Below, in pieces: positions 12,099 through 26,441 of a stretch of 64,000 nucleotides of DNA. How positions within the stretch are numbered: position 1 is the stretch's first letter; every line of letters starts with the position of its first letter. Source of the DNA: Octopus vulgaris (Eukaryota); contig OX597816.1 of the NCBI GenBank assembly GCA_951406725.2, positions 2,852,001 to 2,916,000 of the forward strand. The letters are read 5' to 3'. The translations under genes were made by a program, and so were the position numbers. The notes beneath the pieces are model-generated. The model was given only the letters and a program-made list of their open reading frames with translations. It did not search any database and was not told where the DNA came from.

Positions 12099-15000
12099 GT
12101 GATGAAGCTTATTGCGTACAAAGAAGCAAATCGCTATAAGACGCACCAACAGGAAGTAAAGAAGGAGATAGAAATGATGTTTGGAGACAGCAAAAAAGGG
12201 GACACTCACTTGCAAACTGATTGCCCTCAAGCAGGAGCTAAAAGCTGTCAGTGAGAAACTCCGACATCAGAAGAGAATAACCGAGAGAAGAACAATAAAC
12301 AAAAAATTTTACCGGAACCAGGCAGCAGTGTACAGAGACCTGAGGGGAGGAGAGACGCCTTCTGGAGGAAAATCTGCAGTGAATAGGAGTTTAACCAAGA
12401 TGCTTCGTGGCTGGGAGAGATTCGAGGGAATTATTGTCCCTGGATTTCACCTAGCATTGATGGCGATACCCTTGCAACTGTGATTCAGAAACTTCATGAG
12501 GGAAAGCACCAGGAAGAGACTTGGTTGTTGGATATTGTTACAAGAAGCTAACCTTCTACCGACCGTATCTCATCAACTTGTACCAGCAAGATCTCAATGG
12601 GAACAGTAGCATACCACACTTGTTAGCTCTAGCAGAGACAAAACTGATCCCCGAATGCAGAACCACCCACATGGCAAAACATGTACAAAATGTATACAGC
12701 ATGTTTAAACCTCTTCCTCCAAGACCATTGTGAAAGTAATAACATCATCACAGCAGAACAAGCAGCTGGGAAGAAGGGAGTCTGGGGACGTGCCGAGAAA
12801 TTGTTGATAAACAAAACTGTGATGTCAGAGGTGGGAGGGCACAGGAGGAACCTAGTTTCAAAGTGGCTGGACGACAAGAAAGCCTTTGACTGTTCCTCAC
12901 TCATGGATGCTAGAAGCCCTTCAACATGCATAGTTAAAGCCATAGCTGACCTGACTTCATCGTGGGCCACCATCTTGAAATTAAACACAAAGAGTGACTG
13001 TATTGTCATTGAGAGAATACAGTATTGCAGAGGTATATTCCAAGGGGACAGCCTCTCTGAGATGTTGTTTATACTTTCTGTAAACCCTTGTCATTCATGT
13101 TTTAAGGAAGTCTGAAGGATACCTCACTGGTTCACAAGGAAACAGAAATACCAAAATTACACACTGTTTCTTTGTGGATGACTTAAAACTTTATGTAAAG
13201 AATAAGCATGAGAAGTAAAAGAGCCTTGATCTAGTCACAACATTCGCAAAGGATGTAGGATTGGAGTTTGGTCAAGAAAAATATTGCTATATGGTTGTGA
13301 AAAGAGGGAAAACTATAAACCAGGCTTGAAACATCTCCATCAATGACTTTTCCCCTTATATCTGACTAGCAGTATCGCCCGGCGTTGCTCAGGTTTGTAA
13401 GGGAAATAACTATAAAGCATTTTTAGAGAGTTATAGCCAAAAAATAGCAAAAAAATGGAAAAAAATGATGGTAAATTTTTTTTTAGTTAAAAAAGGTGGA
13501 GTTGCGTCCCCTAGACAGTTTTCGGTTTGTGTTTCTGATTCTCGACCCCATGTCGAATTTATCGATTTTTTTCAGAACTGGGGGAACTTTTCAAAATTTT
13601 CGCTGCGTTAGTTTTGAATTATGACATTGGGCTATGTGTGTGTCAAGTTTCATCAGAATCGGTTGAAAGCCGTGGTCAGGGTGAGGGTACAAGCAAACAG
13701 ACACACAGAAACACGCACAGACAAACTGCCGTTTATATAGAGAGAGATGAGGAATGTTGCAGGCATCTAGGGGTGGATGAAAATATATCTTACAATGGCG
13801 CCTGTAACAAAACACGTGTCACTAAAGAATATTACAGTCAAAGATAGAAATTTTGGACCTCGGAACTCTCTGTATTCAATAAAACAGTGGCACACAATGT
13901 GTTTGTAGTGCCAGTACTCATACCAACATTTGGGCTGCTTGATTGGGCGCTTAATGAGATCCGATCTATTGATGTGAAAACCCGAAAAATACTAACAAGC
14001 ACTCATAATTTCCACATAAACAGTGACGTAGACTGCCTCAACCTAAAACGAAAGCAAGGTGGCAGAGGTTTAACATCAATCCAAAATGCCTTTGAATGTC
14101 GTATCACATCCTTTCGGCAACATCTTTTAACCACCAAGTGTCGAAGTGCATCCCTTGACCAAGTTTGCATAGATGAGGATGATAACATCATAAGACTTGG
14201 AAGGCAGCTCATTGAGCAACATTCCTTGTCTGATAACCTTAAATACATGCTCAGAGAAGTCGCACGACTCTACCGCAACGTACCACCAGATGAAAGGATG
14301 AGCCTTTATGAGCAGAAGACTATGCATGGATGTGTTAGTAGAAAGCTCCGAGATGATAGTAACATCGATCATCAAAGCAGTTTATCATTGACCAATAGCC
14401 GGATTGCTACCTCCCACTTTGAAGGGTATGCGTTTGCGATCCTGGAACAGGAAATATCAACCAGATACTTGATGCACAAAAGGGATAGAGACGCAAGAGA
14501 AGCAGTAAAATGTGACAACCGATGCAGACTTTGTGGAGTTATCACTGAAGATATCACCCACGTCATAAGCAGTTGTGCGAAAATGTCATCACCGTTTAAT
14601 CTACCGATGAGACATGACGTTGTAGCTAGGACAATGTATAACGAGATCTGTCGGAAGGATAATCCCGAGGACAAAGAAATAAGAACCCATAGTATGGTGG
14701 AAGCCATGGCCACTCATAATGAAAAGGAGTACTGGTGGAATGTCCCAGTGAAAACCTTAATAAAATGTAAACACAACAGACCTGATATAATGATTTGGGA
14801 TAGAGAAGAGAAACTGTGTACAGTTGTGGAAATTAGCTGCCCAGCGGATGTTAACATAAAGCTGAAGATCAGTGCAAAAGAGAACACTTATGCTGAACTA
14901 TTGAGAAATCTACAGTTACTCTATCCAGGTTACAAGATCAGGTTTATACCTGTAATTATTGGGGCCCTGGGATATGTAACACACTGCTTAAATACCCAAT

Positions 15001-15162
15001 CTATATGCATGAGAAGACATACACAAAACAGAACATAAACCTGCACGTATACATACATAGCCTTTTGTTGATGTTGAAATTCCAAAGAAGGAGGCTTGAA
15101 TCTAGGTTAGAAACCGCCTCTTTCTCTATTGGCAAGAAATCTTGAAGTAAACTGAATAATGA
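12099..15162 (+). mobile_element. Decayed REL-endonuclease non-LTR retrotransposon (R4/Dong-like), 5'-truncated, in (TACA)n
   Basis: RT motifs are visible across frameshifts: EQAAGKKG, WLDDKKAFD, RGIFQGDSLS, HCFFVDDLKL. It also has GGRGL, a CCHC finger (CRLC...HVISSC), RHD, and the REL nuclease (RPDI...EISCP...K..Y) with PVIIGALG in ORF 13887-15038. The 3' UTR ends aataatga|catacata and the left flank is (TACA)n. Confidence 0.92.
13366..13747 (-). mobile_element. Non-autonomous Helitron family B inserted into the LINE RT
   Basis: Has the CTAG/hairpin end and the TC end. Excision rejoins tctga|tgaggaa and restores PLISDEECCRHLGVDENISY with no TSD. Confidence 0.92.
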
Positions 15163-15514
15163 CATACATACTTACATGCATACTTGATGAAATGCCGGCT
15201 CACAGCTGTTGCTGGATCATATGTATTTATGTAATTATTTATAAAATAATTTTATGTAATGGTATGAGAACGAAACCTCAGCAACTTGCAGCTGTTGTCA
15301 CTGCACAGAGACAAATGCTGTAGTTTGTAATTAAAGCCTGTTTCTTCCATCTTGTTGTTGTTTAAATTTTGACATAAATTCTATACCCTGGCGGAGTTTC
15401 ACGTGTTTATTCAGTTCAAGGAACGACCTTGGTGTATGATGGCATTTGGTAACCAATAACAGCAGGGGGAGATTTTAAATGCACGTGATGAGATTATTAC
15501 CCAGATACTGTTGA

Positions 15515-15550
<36 letters not shown>

Positions 15551-16011
15551 CGTATGTGCATGCATATGTGTGTGCATGTATGTATGCGTGTATGTATATA
15601 TGAATGTATGTATATGTATGTACATATATATAAATGTGTGACCTGTTGGTTAGGTGGTTGCACTCTCGTTCGCGAGATCGTGGGTTCTATTTCCCGGCCA
15701 GGCGTGCATTGATTGTGTTCTTGGCCAAATCTCTTCATCTCCCGTTGCTCTACGGTCAATGTCGATTCAACGGAGGGAGGGGGGAGCTAACGTGCAGAAG
15801 AAACATTTGAATAGCATTTCAAAAAATCACCTGAGCAGTCTTTTTCGGATCAAGAGGCTATCATTTAACTAATGTGTGTATGTATGTATGTATGTATGTA
15901 TGTATGTATGTATGTATGTATGTATCCATGTCAGGGTTTCACGTAGGACACCCGGATAGATATAACACCCCATACTTCCCCGTCACATCTGTATCGAGTA
16001 TTTTAATGTCT

Positions 16012-16056
<45 letters not shown>

Positions 16057-16089
16057 AAATCAAAATAAGTAATAGGATATTCAGAAGTG

Positions 16090-16177
16090 ATGCAGTACGA
16101 TCGTTTCAAGCGACTCCATTTAATTGAACAACGCAATCATTACATCAATTTAAATGCAGAGCTATCCTCAGTTGCAT
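16090..16177 (-). ncRNA. Type-I hammerhead ribozyme candidate with extended stem II
   Basis: Minus strand reads ATGCAa CTGAGGA t AGC tctg CATTTAAATTGA ... TCAATTAAATG gagtc GCT t GAA ACG-AT-CGT A cTGCAT. The CUGANGA and GAAA cores are canonical, stem III is palindromic and the site is GUA. It lies in a segment that begins at a (TA)n tract (~16058). Confidence 0.6.
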
Positions 16178-16467
16178 AAATAAATAAATAAACAGAATTA
16201 ATTTAATCAGTCGGACACATTTGTATAATTTTACCTAAATCCTCTAAGAGAGTAAGAAGACAGACAAAGCCCAAGCGGTATTCACTTCAGCTTAGAGGCC
16301 ACTGAGACATCAGGAAAAAAAAAACTGCATTGTATAGCATCACCTTTGGATATCCTGTTGCTTATTTTGATTTTATTCACCTCATTTTGAAACTGTACGG
16401 ATAATACCAGACTAATTTTTGGTGCCTCAACTTGAGTCCCTAATTCATTTGAATCTCAATTATTTTG

Positions 16468-16530
<63 letters not shown>

Positions 16531-16533
<3 letters not shown>

Positions 16534-16832
16534 CAACAATTGAGGGTAAAATTAATTAATTAATCAATTTCACCAAGTATTCAGTATACAAAGGGACCAT
16601 TTAAGGCGAATTCAAATTATTACATTATATAAAAGGGCTTAGTAAAATAAATTACTTTGCCGCATACTGAACTCATTAGAAATAGCAGCTAAAAAAACTT
16701 TTTAAAACTATCTCCAATACTTAAAGAAAATCTCTCTCGTATAGTGAATTGAGCAAACACTATACGAGAGAGATTTTCTTTAAGTATTGGAGATAGTTTT
16801 AAAAAAGTTTTTTAGCTGCTATTTCTAATGAG

Positions 16833-16834
<2 letters not shown>
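16531..16834. mobile_element. (TA)n-embedded element ending in a 77-bp inverted repeat (Penelope-like inverted end)
   Basis: Bounded by (TA)n on both sides. Arms are 16670-16746 and 16758-16834 with an 11-nt spacer. Confidence 0.6.
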
Positions 16835-16910
<76 letters not shown>

Positions 16911-17099
16911 ATTAGTGTTTGTATACACATGCATACATACATTCATATATAATTTTTACGTGAAAAATGTTGACAGGGACTTCGAAGTTAAATATGTACT
17001 ATACTAAAAAGTATTGAGAAATTCTTCAATTTAATGCTCAATGGTTTTTATGTATAAACTTGACAGGAAAAAAAAAACATTTTGACAGAGACAGACTGA

Positions 17100-17483
17100 C
17101 ATACACACACACATACACACGCATGCACACACACAACCACACACACACACACACACACACACTCGCATACAACCACACACTCTCTTATACACACAACGAC
17201 ACACTCTCTCTCGTACACACAACTATACACACACACACACACACTCTCTCTCTCACTCACACACAACCACACACACACACTCTCTCTCTCTCATACACAC
17301 AACCATACACACACACACACACACTCTCTCTCTCACTCTCACTCACACACCCACACTCACACACACTCATTCTCTCTCTCATACACACAACCATACACAC
17401 ACACACACACACACACTCTCTCTCTCACTCTCACTCACACACCCACACCCACACTCACACACACTCATTCTCTCTCTCACACA
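17100..17483. repeat. Compound (CA)n/(CT)n microsatellite with a higher-order unit
   Basis: Recurrent acacacaacca(t)acacacacacactctctctctc(t)c blocks. Confidence 0.9.
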
Positions 17484-18110
17484 CGCCAGTACATAGATAA
17501 AGAACGAGAGAAGGCGCATGGTGTTCTAATTACAAAAGTACAACAGTATTGTAGTTCTTAAGAGCCTAGATTCGATCTAAATTGCCTTCTCATCAGCCGT
17601 GACATTTAACACAGATTAACTTTCTGTTGGCTCTTGAAGCATTCCAGATGAAACAGACATTGTTTAAGTGTATTAATGGCTTCTAAAGTTTGGCACGGGG
17701 CCCACAGGGTTATCTGCTTCTAGGTTCTACAGTCACTGATTTAGTCCCAAATACACACATCTCTGGGGACTTATTATTATATCAACATGGAGAAACGAAA
17801 GGGGGAAGTTGACTTCGTCAGGGTTTGAGTTGTAGGATTTGGAAGAACGAATCGATTTGTGTTCAGGAATTTAATTTGGCGCTCCAGCCAATTCTTCCGT
17901 CCTACAACCTTAACAACAAAAACAAAAAAACAACAATATTAACTGTTTCCAATTGAAGCACAAGGCCGGTAATTGTGAGGCGAGGGCTTTAATCGATTAC
18001 ATCGAGTCCAGCTCCCGACAGGTATTTTATTTTATCAACCGTTGAATGAATAAAAGGCAACTCTGATGTAATAATAATAATAATAACAATAATAATAATA
18101 ATAATAATAA

Positions 18111-18370
18111 ATGATTCCAGGCTTACCACCCCTACAGGAAGTGCAAAAAACCGTATTAACTGGAACGGCTCATGTACTGAGAAGAGCACTATCGTTGTGA
18201 AAATAACATCCATCCATGAATTTATTTATTTATTAATTTTTAAATACATATTTTATCTGTGAATTTGCGCGTGTAATCTGGGAATACATACAATGCCCTT
18301 CTCTGCCTTAGGTGTATGGAAAACACTCGGCGAGAAACGGAAGAAAATTCGAAGAAAGAAGGAAAAACAT
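18111..18370 (+). mobile_element. R4/Dong-like LINE 3' remnant in (TAA)n
   Basis: Encodes MIPGLPPLQEVQK..LTGTAHVLRRALS, followed by a UTR ending in aataataat. Preceded by (AAT)n. Confidence 0.75.
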
Positions 18371-18507
18371 AATAATAATAATAATGCCTGGTGTACCCTT
18401 ATCAGACGGGTAGTCATGATGGGTATATTGGGCTTCGTATATTTTACCCCAGTGTCACTTTGATGGCATGAACTGCTCTCTCACTCAATAATAATAATAA
18501 TAATATT

Positions 18508-18875
18508 AAGATTGAAAAGTACAGACTACTAAAAGACGAAGTAGCAAGAATGTGGACTATGAGGAGGGTGTCTGTCATTGCAGTAGTTGTACAGGCACTC
18601 GGAGCACTAGGAAGGAAATTCGGGAAATTTGTCAGAGAAACCGGAATGGACATGAGAGCAGAGCCAAGCCCCCCCCCCAACTGCTCTGTTGGGGACAGCT
18701 AGGATTTTGAGATTGGTATTTGGATGTTGAATGTCTCCCACGATAATAAACAACCAAGTCTCAATGGTTATAATGTGCGGAAAGGGATCCTGTGAGACCT
18801 CCTCTGACAGCAGGCTGCTGTCCGCTCTCACAGAAAATACCAGAACAGACATGACCGGTCGTTCTGAGAAGTATA
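18508..18875 (+). mobile_element. R4/Dong-like LINE 3' remnant (different family) in (TAA)n
   Basis: Encodes KIEKYRLLKDEVARMWTMRRVSVIAVVVQALGAL...TALLGTARILR, the C-terminus of the REL domain. Confidence 0.75.
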
Positions 18876-18887
18876 GCGATAGTAATA

Positions 18888-19254
18888 ATCCTTCCTACTA
18901 AAGGCACAAAACCTGAAATTTTAGGGCGGGGTGGGGTTGGGGGCGGGGGCAATCGATTACATTGATCCCAAAAGGATGAAGGGCAATGTCGACCTCGGCG
19001 GAATTTGAACTCACAACGTAGCGGCAGACGAAATACCACAAGGGGCTAAACACAGAGAGGACGAACAAGGACTGACAAACGGATTAAGTTGATTATATCG
19101 ACCTCAGTGCGTAACTGGTACTTATTTAATCGACCCTGAAAGGATGAAAGGCAAAGTCGACCTCGGCGGAATTTGAACTCAGAACGTAGCAGCAAACGAA
19201 ACACCGCTAAGCATTTCGCCCGGCGTGCTAACGTTTCTGCCAGCTCGCCGCCTT
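18888..19254 (-). mobile_element. SINE family 2 (aaggcggcgagctggcaga head), one full and one partial copy
   Basis: Minus strand has a tRNA-like head, B box GAGTTCAAATTCC and gtcgactttgcctttcatcctttcggggtcga. The 5' end abuts (TTA)n. Confidence 0.85.
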
Positions 19255-19255
19255 C

Positions 19256-19299
<44 letters not shown>

Positions 19300-19538
19300 T
19301 ATAATAATAATCAGCACTCAACTACCAACATGGCTTAAAAAGATATTGGTATAAAATAATAACATATATTTATTGCAAATATGCAAATGATTATCTTAAG
19401 GCAATAAATATATTCTGTCTGAAAATTACTACTCATTTTATTATTTTGCATAAACACCGAGAAATTTTGGTAAACTTTGAATTATAAGTTTGAATGTATG
19501 CCCTATTTTCTCATATTACCCATTGTGACAAAAATAAA

Positions 19539-19752
19539 CAGTAATTCCTCGACTATCGCAGGTGTTACCTTCCAACTCCAAACCCCCGCGAAAGGGGAAA
19601 TAGAAACAGTACTGTGCTGTATATTTTTTGTTATTTTTATAATTTGTGTATATTTATTTTATTATAAATGCAAAGCAACACCACGGAAGAATCGATGTAA
19701 TCTTAAATAATAAACCGCGATAGGCGAACCGCGATATGGCGAGGGTTCACTG
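19539..19752. mobile_element. pogo/Tigger-like (Tc1/mariner) MITE
   Basis: Imperfect TIRs cagtaattcctcgactatcgc / gcgatatggcgagggttcactg followed by TA. Confidence 0.7.
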
Positions 19753-21009
19753 TACTCGGCTAAAACGCCGAGCAAGATGCTTAGCGGCATTTCTTCTGGA
19801 TTTATATTCTGAGTTCAAATCCCGCCGAGGTCGACTTCGCCTTTCATCCTTTCGAGTTCGATAAAATAAACACCTTATTGAACACTGTGGTCGATGTAAT
19901 CGACTCATATCCGCTCTCCCAAAATGGCTGCCCTTGCGGCAAAATTTGAAACCAACATTACACGATAAAGAATTTGGGTTTAATATAAAATATCGGAATA
20001 ACTATTTTGGCAAGAAAATAAATGAGGCCGAGTGAGGTGTTTACTTTTCAGTGGAAACTGGAAATATGTTATTCTGAGAAATCCAGTGGCCAGTTGTCAG
20101 GAATGTGGTATTAGTTTCAGGGAAACGGAGAGTGTCGTGTTTCAAGCTGTTTGCTTTGAGAGTTTTGAATTTATTTACATTTTGTAAATATGTCAGAGAA
20201 GCTCATAAATATATAAAGGTAACTCGAAGTTGCTGTGTATAGAGAAACACTTAGTTGAGAGTGTCAGAGAGATTAAATAACTTTAGCAGTAGATGCGGAG
20301 CTGATGAAGTGGTTGCTTGATGCTTGTGGAGGTGGTGGGTGGAGGTGGTGGAAGGTGGTGGTTTGGTGAGTAACAAGTTTGCCTCTCAACCACCCAGCTC
20401 CAGTTTCGAACCATCGCAACACTTTGCTAAATGCCTTCTGCCATAGTATCGGAATGACTAAACTTTGTGAGACTGTGATAGTCGGAAACTATGCAGAAGC
20501 CTGTACCACTCTCCTCCCTCTACATAGCCACACATACAAACATTCTTGCTTACACACACACACACACCTACACACACACACACCTACACACACACATTCA
20601 AACATACATATAAACATACATACATACAACCATACATGTATGCATACAAACATTCTTGCTTACACACACACATACACCTACACACACACATTCAAACATA
20701 CATATAAACATACATACATACAACCATACATGTATGCATATAGACATTCTTACTTACACACACACACTCACACATTGACACATACACATAAACATACATC
20801 CATACATACATCCATACAAACATTCATGTTTACACACACAGCCGCGCGCGCACACACAATTATACGCACAAACATGAGCACGCACGAATACATACACCCA
20901 TGCTTATAGACACCTGCTTTCACATATTGAGACATAATGTTGGCGTATGTGAGCGTGTATATTTATCTATGCGTATCTATGCGCATATCTTGTGCTATTA
21001 AAATGAAAC

Positions 21010-21069
<60 letters not shown>

Positions 21070-21545
21070 GTGTACAACGCAATAACTTTGATATCTCTGG
21101 TTTCTTCAGCAGTCTCAGTTCCTATCTTGCTCTCTCGAAACCCGTTTAACCGTTTCCATTGGGTCTCAAGTTGTTCCTTACTCTACCATTGTGTGGGTGG
21201 GTCTGATCGTTCTACATAAGATTCTATCTGTTTCGGGTTGTTTTTCTTAGAAACTGTTCTGGCGAAATGGAAACTCCGTGTCGAGGTGGCCATCAAATTT
21301 GCCAAGTCAAACATCCACCCGGTCTGGTGCTTATTTTCCATCGGGGTAGATCTTGGACTAAAGAACAGATATTGCGCACCCCTTTTGGCCAGCTCCTAAC
21401 CAAGCAAACGCGTAATTGGAAAGTGAACCAAAAAAGGAGATTCTATACAGTCACTCAAACTGCTAAAAATAGCAGCCATTTTCAGACTTCTTTAACATTA
21501 ATTCAAGCAACTTTTGATTTTGTTGTTGCTGTTGTATTTGCTGCT

Positions 21546-21936
21546 TTGTTTGTTTGTTTGTTGAGCGAAGCGGTCTTCGTCCCAGAGCTCGCAAGATCGC
21601 GCCTCTGTAGTGGGAGAAGTCCGAAACGTGGTCCTTTGCTATTCGTAAGACCCGCAGAAGAGAAATCAGGTCAACCCCCCGACACCGAGAGCCATCGACG
21701 GATGGATGAATGCGCATCCAGGCTCAGCGGTTGCGTAGGAAGTCAGGGACAAGGAACAGGAAGAAAGAGTGAGAGAAAGTTGGAGCGAAAGAGTACAACA
21801 GGGGTCGCAACCCACCCCCTGCCGGAGCCTCGTGGAGCTCTTAGGTGTTTTTGTTCAATAAACACACACAACGCCCAGTCTGGGAATCGAAACCGCGATC
21901 CTCCGACCCAAAACCACTGGGCCATTGCGCCTCCAC
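21546..21936 (-). mobile_element. tRNA-headed SINE, family 4, (AAAC)n tail
   Basis: Reverse complement of 31196-31556. A/B-box-like TGGCCCAGTGG and GGTTTCGATTCCC. TSD ttgctgct at 21538-21545 and 21937-21944. Confidence 0.88.
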
Positions 21937-22411
21937 TTGCTGCTGCTGTTGCTGTTGTAACTGCACCCCGGAGGTTAATAAATCTTCCATGTTAAAACGA
22001 TTTTTCCTTTGGTTTCGTACTAAAAAAAAAATTAAATGCCCAACGCAAGATTCGAACAACTCGTCGCCGCTTTTATATCCTGGCATTGGATATATAATTT
22101 AAGGAAGCAGGCGGAGTGGGAGGGTTAGGAGGAAGAACGTATTTACACGACGCTATACCATCACTATTACACGAGACTCAATCACCGGCTCACAGTGAAC
22201 TGCTTGCTAATCCGAACAACTAATCACTCACTAGCAATGAGTCCACCTTTAGTCACTTGGGGGGTTGGGGGTGGGTGGTGTCGGAATTCATCCACATCAA
22301 TGCTTTGCTGACTCCTTTAATCTTTCTCAATTAAACATCGACGAGTGATGGCGATTGCCATTATCCATTGTGACACACAGAGAGTACATTTAGGCGTCAC
22401 TTAAGACTTTA

Positions 22412-22730
22412 TGTGAAGGCGCGTGGCTAAGTAGTTAGGGTAATCGGTTAGGGTAATCGGTTCGTAAGGTCGTGAGTTCCATACTCGACAACGTGACGTG
22501 TCCTTGAGCATTGTTGCAGTCCACTCAGCTGGTAAAAAAAGGAGCAGTCCCTGTAATTGAAAGGGTCCAGCCTTGTCACATTCAGCGCCACGCTGAATCT
22601 CCCTGAGAGCTACGTCAAGGATAGGCTTATCTGTGGAGCCACTCAGCCACTTGTACCTTAATTTCACGAAAAGGCTGCTCCTTTGATCGGATCAACTGGA
22701 ACGTTCCTCGTCGTATCCGTCGGAGTTTCA
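22412..22730 (+). mobile_element. tRNA-headed SINE, family 3
   Basis: Head gaaggcgcgtggctaagtagttaggg, then gtccttgagca, then tail ccagccttgtcaca...gatcggatcaactggaa...cggagt. Homologous to 40575, 41008 and 56783. Confidence 0.8.
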
Positions 22731-25730
22731 GTCACTAAAGACTTTGTTTTCTGGTTGCTATTTTTAACCCTGAAAAGAATTGTAATTCATTGACTCTGAA
22801 TGCAAGAAGTCCCATTTTCCATTCTGTCATAGTGGCACCATTGAAAATTTCCTCTTCGAGAGGTTATCAATGTTCATCCATTTTAGCGGAACTCACACTA
22901 TCTAAGCTACAGCCACAGCAAGATTTTGAAGTTGGAACTGCAAGCTGTCAAAACACTCATCGGTTTGATAGTGCTGCCGCTGTTTAAAGGCAAGTGTTCC
23001 GGTAGAGAGAGAGAGAGTTAAGTCTCTTGACCGTGTTGATAGTGTTTCTGAGTATTTGATCCCAGAGCTAAGGTGGCGCTGTTGCAGCTGCGCACTCATC
23101 CAGGGACGGGCCAGTCAACCATTATTGGAATCATGTTACTATCCAACCAGTGGCCGACTTGTAGCCTCCTGCTCTTGTTTTTTCTACCTCTACTTTATGG
23201 CCTCTGATCCTCGATCTTTTTCCCCTTCCCCTCGGGCACTCACGATTCCCTTCACTCTCCCCTCCTTATCATCCATTTCCTGTCCACTCTATCAGGTCCC
23301 GCACTAACCACTCTCCCCAGTTCTTCCTCGCCATAATATCGATTATCTATAACCCTCTCCCTGTAGTTTACACCAGAGCTTTAATGGACTCAATCTCATC
23401 GGTTTGGGGACGGGCCCTGCGAAGGGGATGGGCGCTGTCTTCCCCTCAGATCCAACAGAGTAAACAAGAGATACAGTAATGAGTGCCGCTCGGCTTCCTT
23501 ATTGGCTTAATTACTCCAAACCCCTTAAGAATGAATTCATAATAAATAAACATGACCACTGTCAGGGAACCTCAACTGACTTGCCAGAAATAGAAGCCAC
23601 TTCCCTCCAAATCACTGTCACCAAACTTAGAACAACGCTGGACTGCATTTGATCATAACGTTAGCCCAATTAACGCTGATCTGAGACCAATTAACAACAG
23701 CAAAGACAACAACAACAACAAGCAAGAATAATTCAAAACCCTTGATCGATTGTTAAGTCTAAATGGCGTAGCTTCCTTCGTCTGTGTTCGGCGTTTCTGG
23801 GATACGTTCTGAAACAGGAGTTTCTGGTTATCTACAATTATGTTTGAGATTTAGAGCGACAGATAAAACTGCGCTTCGGTTTTCTGTGAAATTAATCACG
23901 TTAAATGCTTAACTATAAAATTCCTTTCGTTTTATTCTAATTCGGAAGCCAGAATCTGGCCAGCAACGAAATTACTCTTCCGTCTCAGTCATGCGTTCAG
24001 GTACGCATGAATGGCTACATGGTCAAACAATCAAACGAGTATACACACAAACATTTATACACATGGATATATATATATTGTCTTTATGTATGTATGTAAG
24101 TATGTATGTATATGTATGTATGCATGTTTCTAGGTATGCATGTATGTGTGTATGTGTATGTATGCATGTATGCATTATGTATGTATGTATGTAAGTATGT
24201 ATGTATGCATGCATGTATGTATGTATGTATGTATGTATGTATGTATGTATGTATGTATGTATGTATGTATGTATGTATATAGAAGTAAACAAGCTGTTTT
24301 ACAAGTCACACATACAGATAGGGGCACACGTATATACATATACGTACACATGCATATACGTACACATGCATATACACACATGCATATACTTATAGACATG
24401 TATCAGAGAGGGAAATAAAGAAAAATGGCGGGGAACATATTGACGGATGGATAAATGGCTGGCATGCCGGACGGTTGGGTGGCTGGCTGGAAACCGGGAC
24501 GGATTGATATAAAGAGAATAGGAGGGAAAGGCGGAGGAAAAGCAAAACGGCAAGAACGAGAGAGTGAGAGTGTGAGAGAGAGAGAGAGAGAGAGTGTGTG
24601 TGTGTGTGAGAGAGTGAGTTGGAGAGAGTGGGGGGGGTGTTTGGAGGAAGGAATTAGAGTGAGTGAGTAAGCTCTACTTAAAATGCGGCAGAATGATTTC
24701 TGAGATAATTGAAGACAATAATGATGTTTAGTGTGTTCGAACGTTTAACTCGAAGAGAGACGTTGGAGCAATTTTGCAATTCCTTCTGGAAGGTTGGTGT
24801 AATCCAGGAGAGATATTAACTTGATTTTACTTGGAAATCTAAGAAACCAATTCCAATAAAATATCCTTAATTTAGTAAAGTTCAAGGAAATATGGAATTA
24901 TACAATCAGCTTGGGATAATTTCCGGTCTCCCCTTCCCCCCGCCCAACCCATCTTTCTTTCTCTGAATACAGAGGAAAGCTGCTGTGGCAGATATCGATC
25001 CTCGATAGGAAGGCAAAATGTATATTTATATTTAATCAAACAGCCTATTTGTACGAGATTACGAGGAAGGTCTCTACTTTTCGCTCGACCTGTTAAAAAT
25101 AGTCGTCAAATCGCCCTCAATTCATGCATCTTACAGTCTTAAAAAAAGATCTTCAGAAGATGTAGTCTTGAGTATGTTGTCTGGAAAAGAAAGGTGAGAT
25201 GTCCACGCCTGGAAGGCTTTTGATTGTAGATCAAGACTGACCTGGGGGCTAAAAAATAACAATATTCTAGTGTTAATAATTTTCAATTTCGGGACCTGTC
25301 CAGTCTGGTGAAGTTGAAGTACATTTGATATCAACTTGAGCTTTTTAGAATTGAAAAATATATGTAAGGAACGTGTGGTGGGTGGGGGGAATTGAGAGCT
25401 GCAGAAAAGCGTTTTAAACAGAGAGATTGATGAGTTGCTGATCAAACTCACAAACCGGTGAACTAATATTTGTCATCTCCGTGGCCCACTGGAGACATCC
25501 TTCTCATTAATAATAATTCAAACATCAAAGGCGTTTAAGAGTTATCGGATTCTTTTCTCACTTTCTCTCTCTCACACGAACGGTCATAAATATTCGGGGT
25601 TGGACAATTCCAGAAGAGAATCGATAGAATTTCTCTTGGAAGAAATGGATGCCATTTCAAGATATTTCATTGGATGCTGTGTATCTATTGTATTTATATA
25701 GGTTTGGTGATGCAAACGGGAAAACAAAAC

Positions 25731-26441
<711 letters not shown>

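Noticed and set aside
13887-15038. 383-aa ORF as a host or domesticated gene
   Set aside because: It is the C-terminal part of a LINE whose upstream RT is broken by stops, frameshifts and a Helitron. There is no sign of domestication.
21267-21995. 242-aa ORF
   Set aside because: It is largely the antisense strand of a family-4 SINE plus low-complexity flanks.
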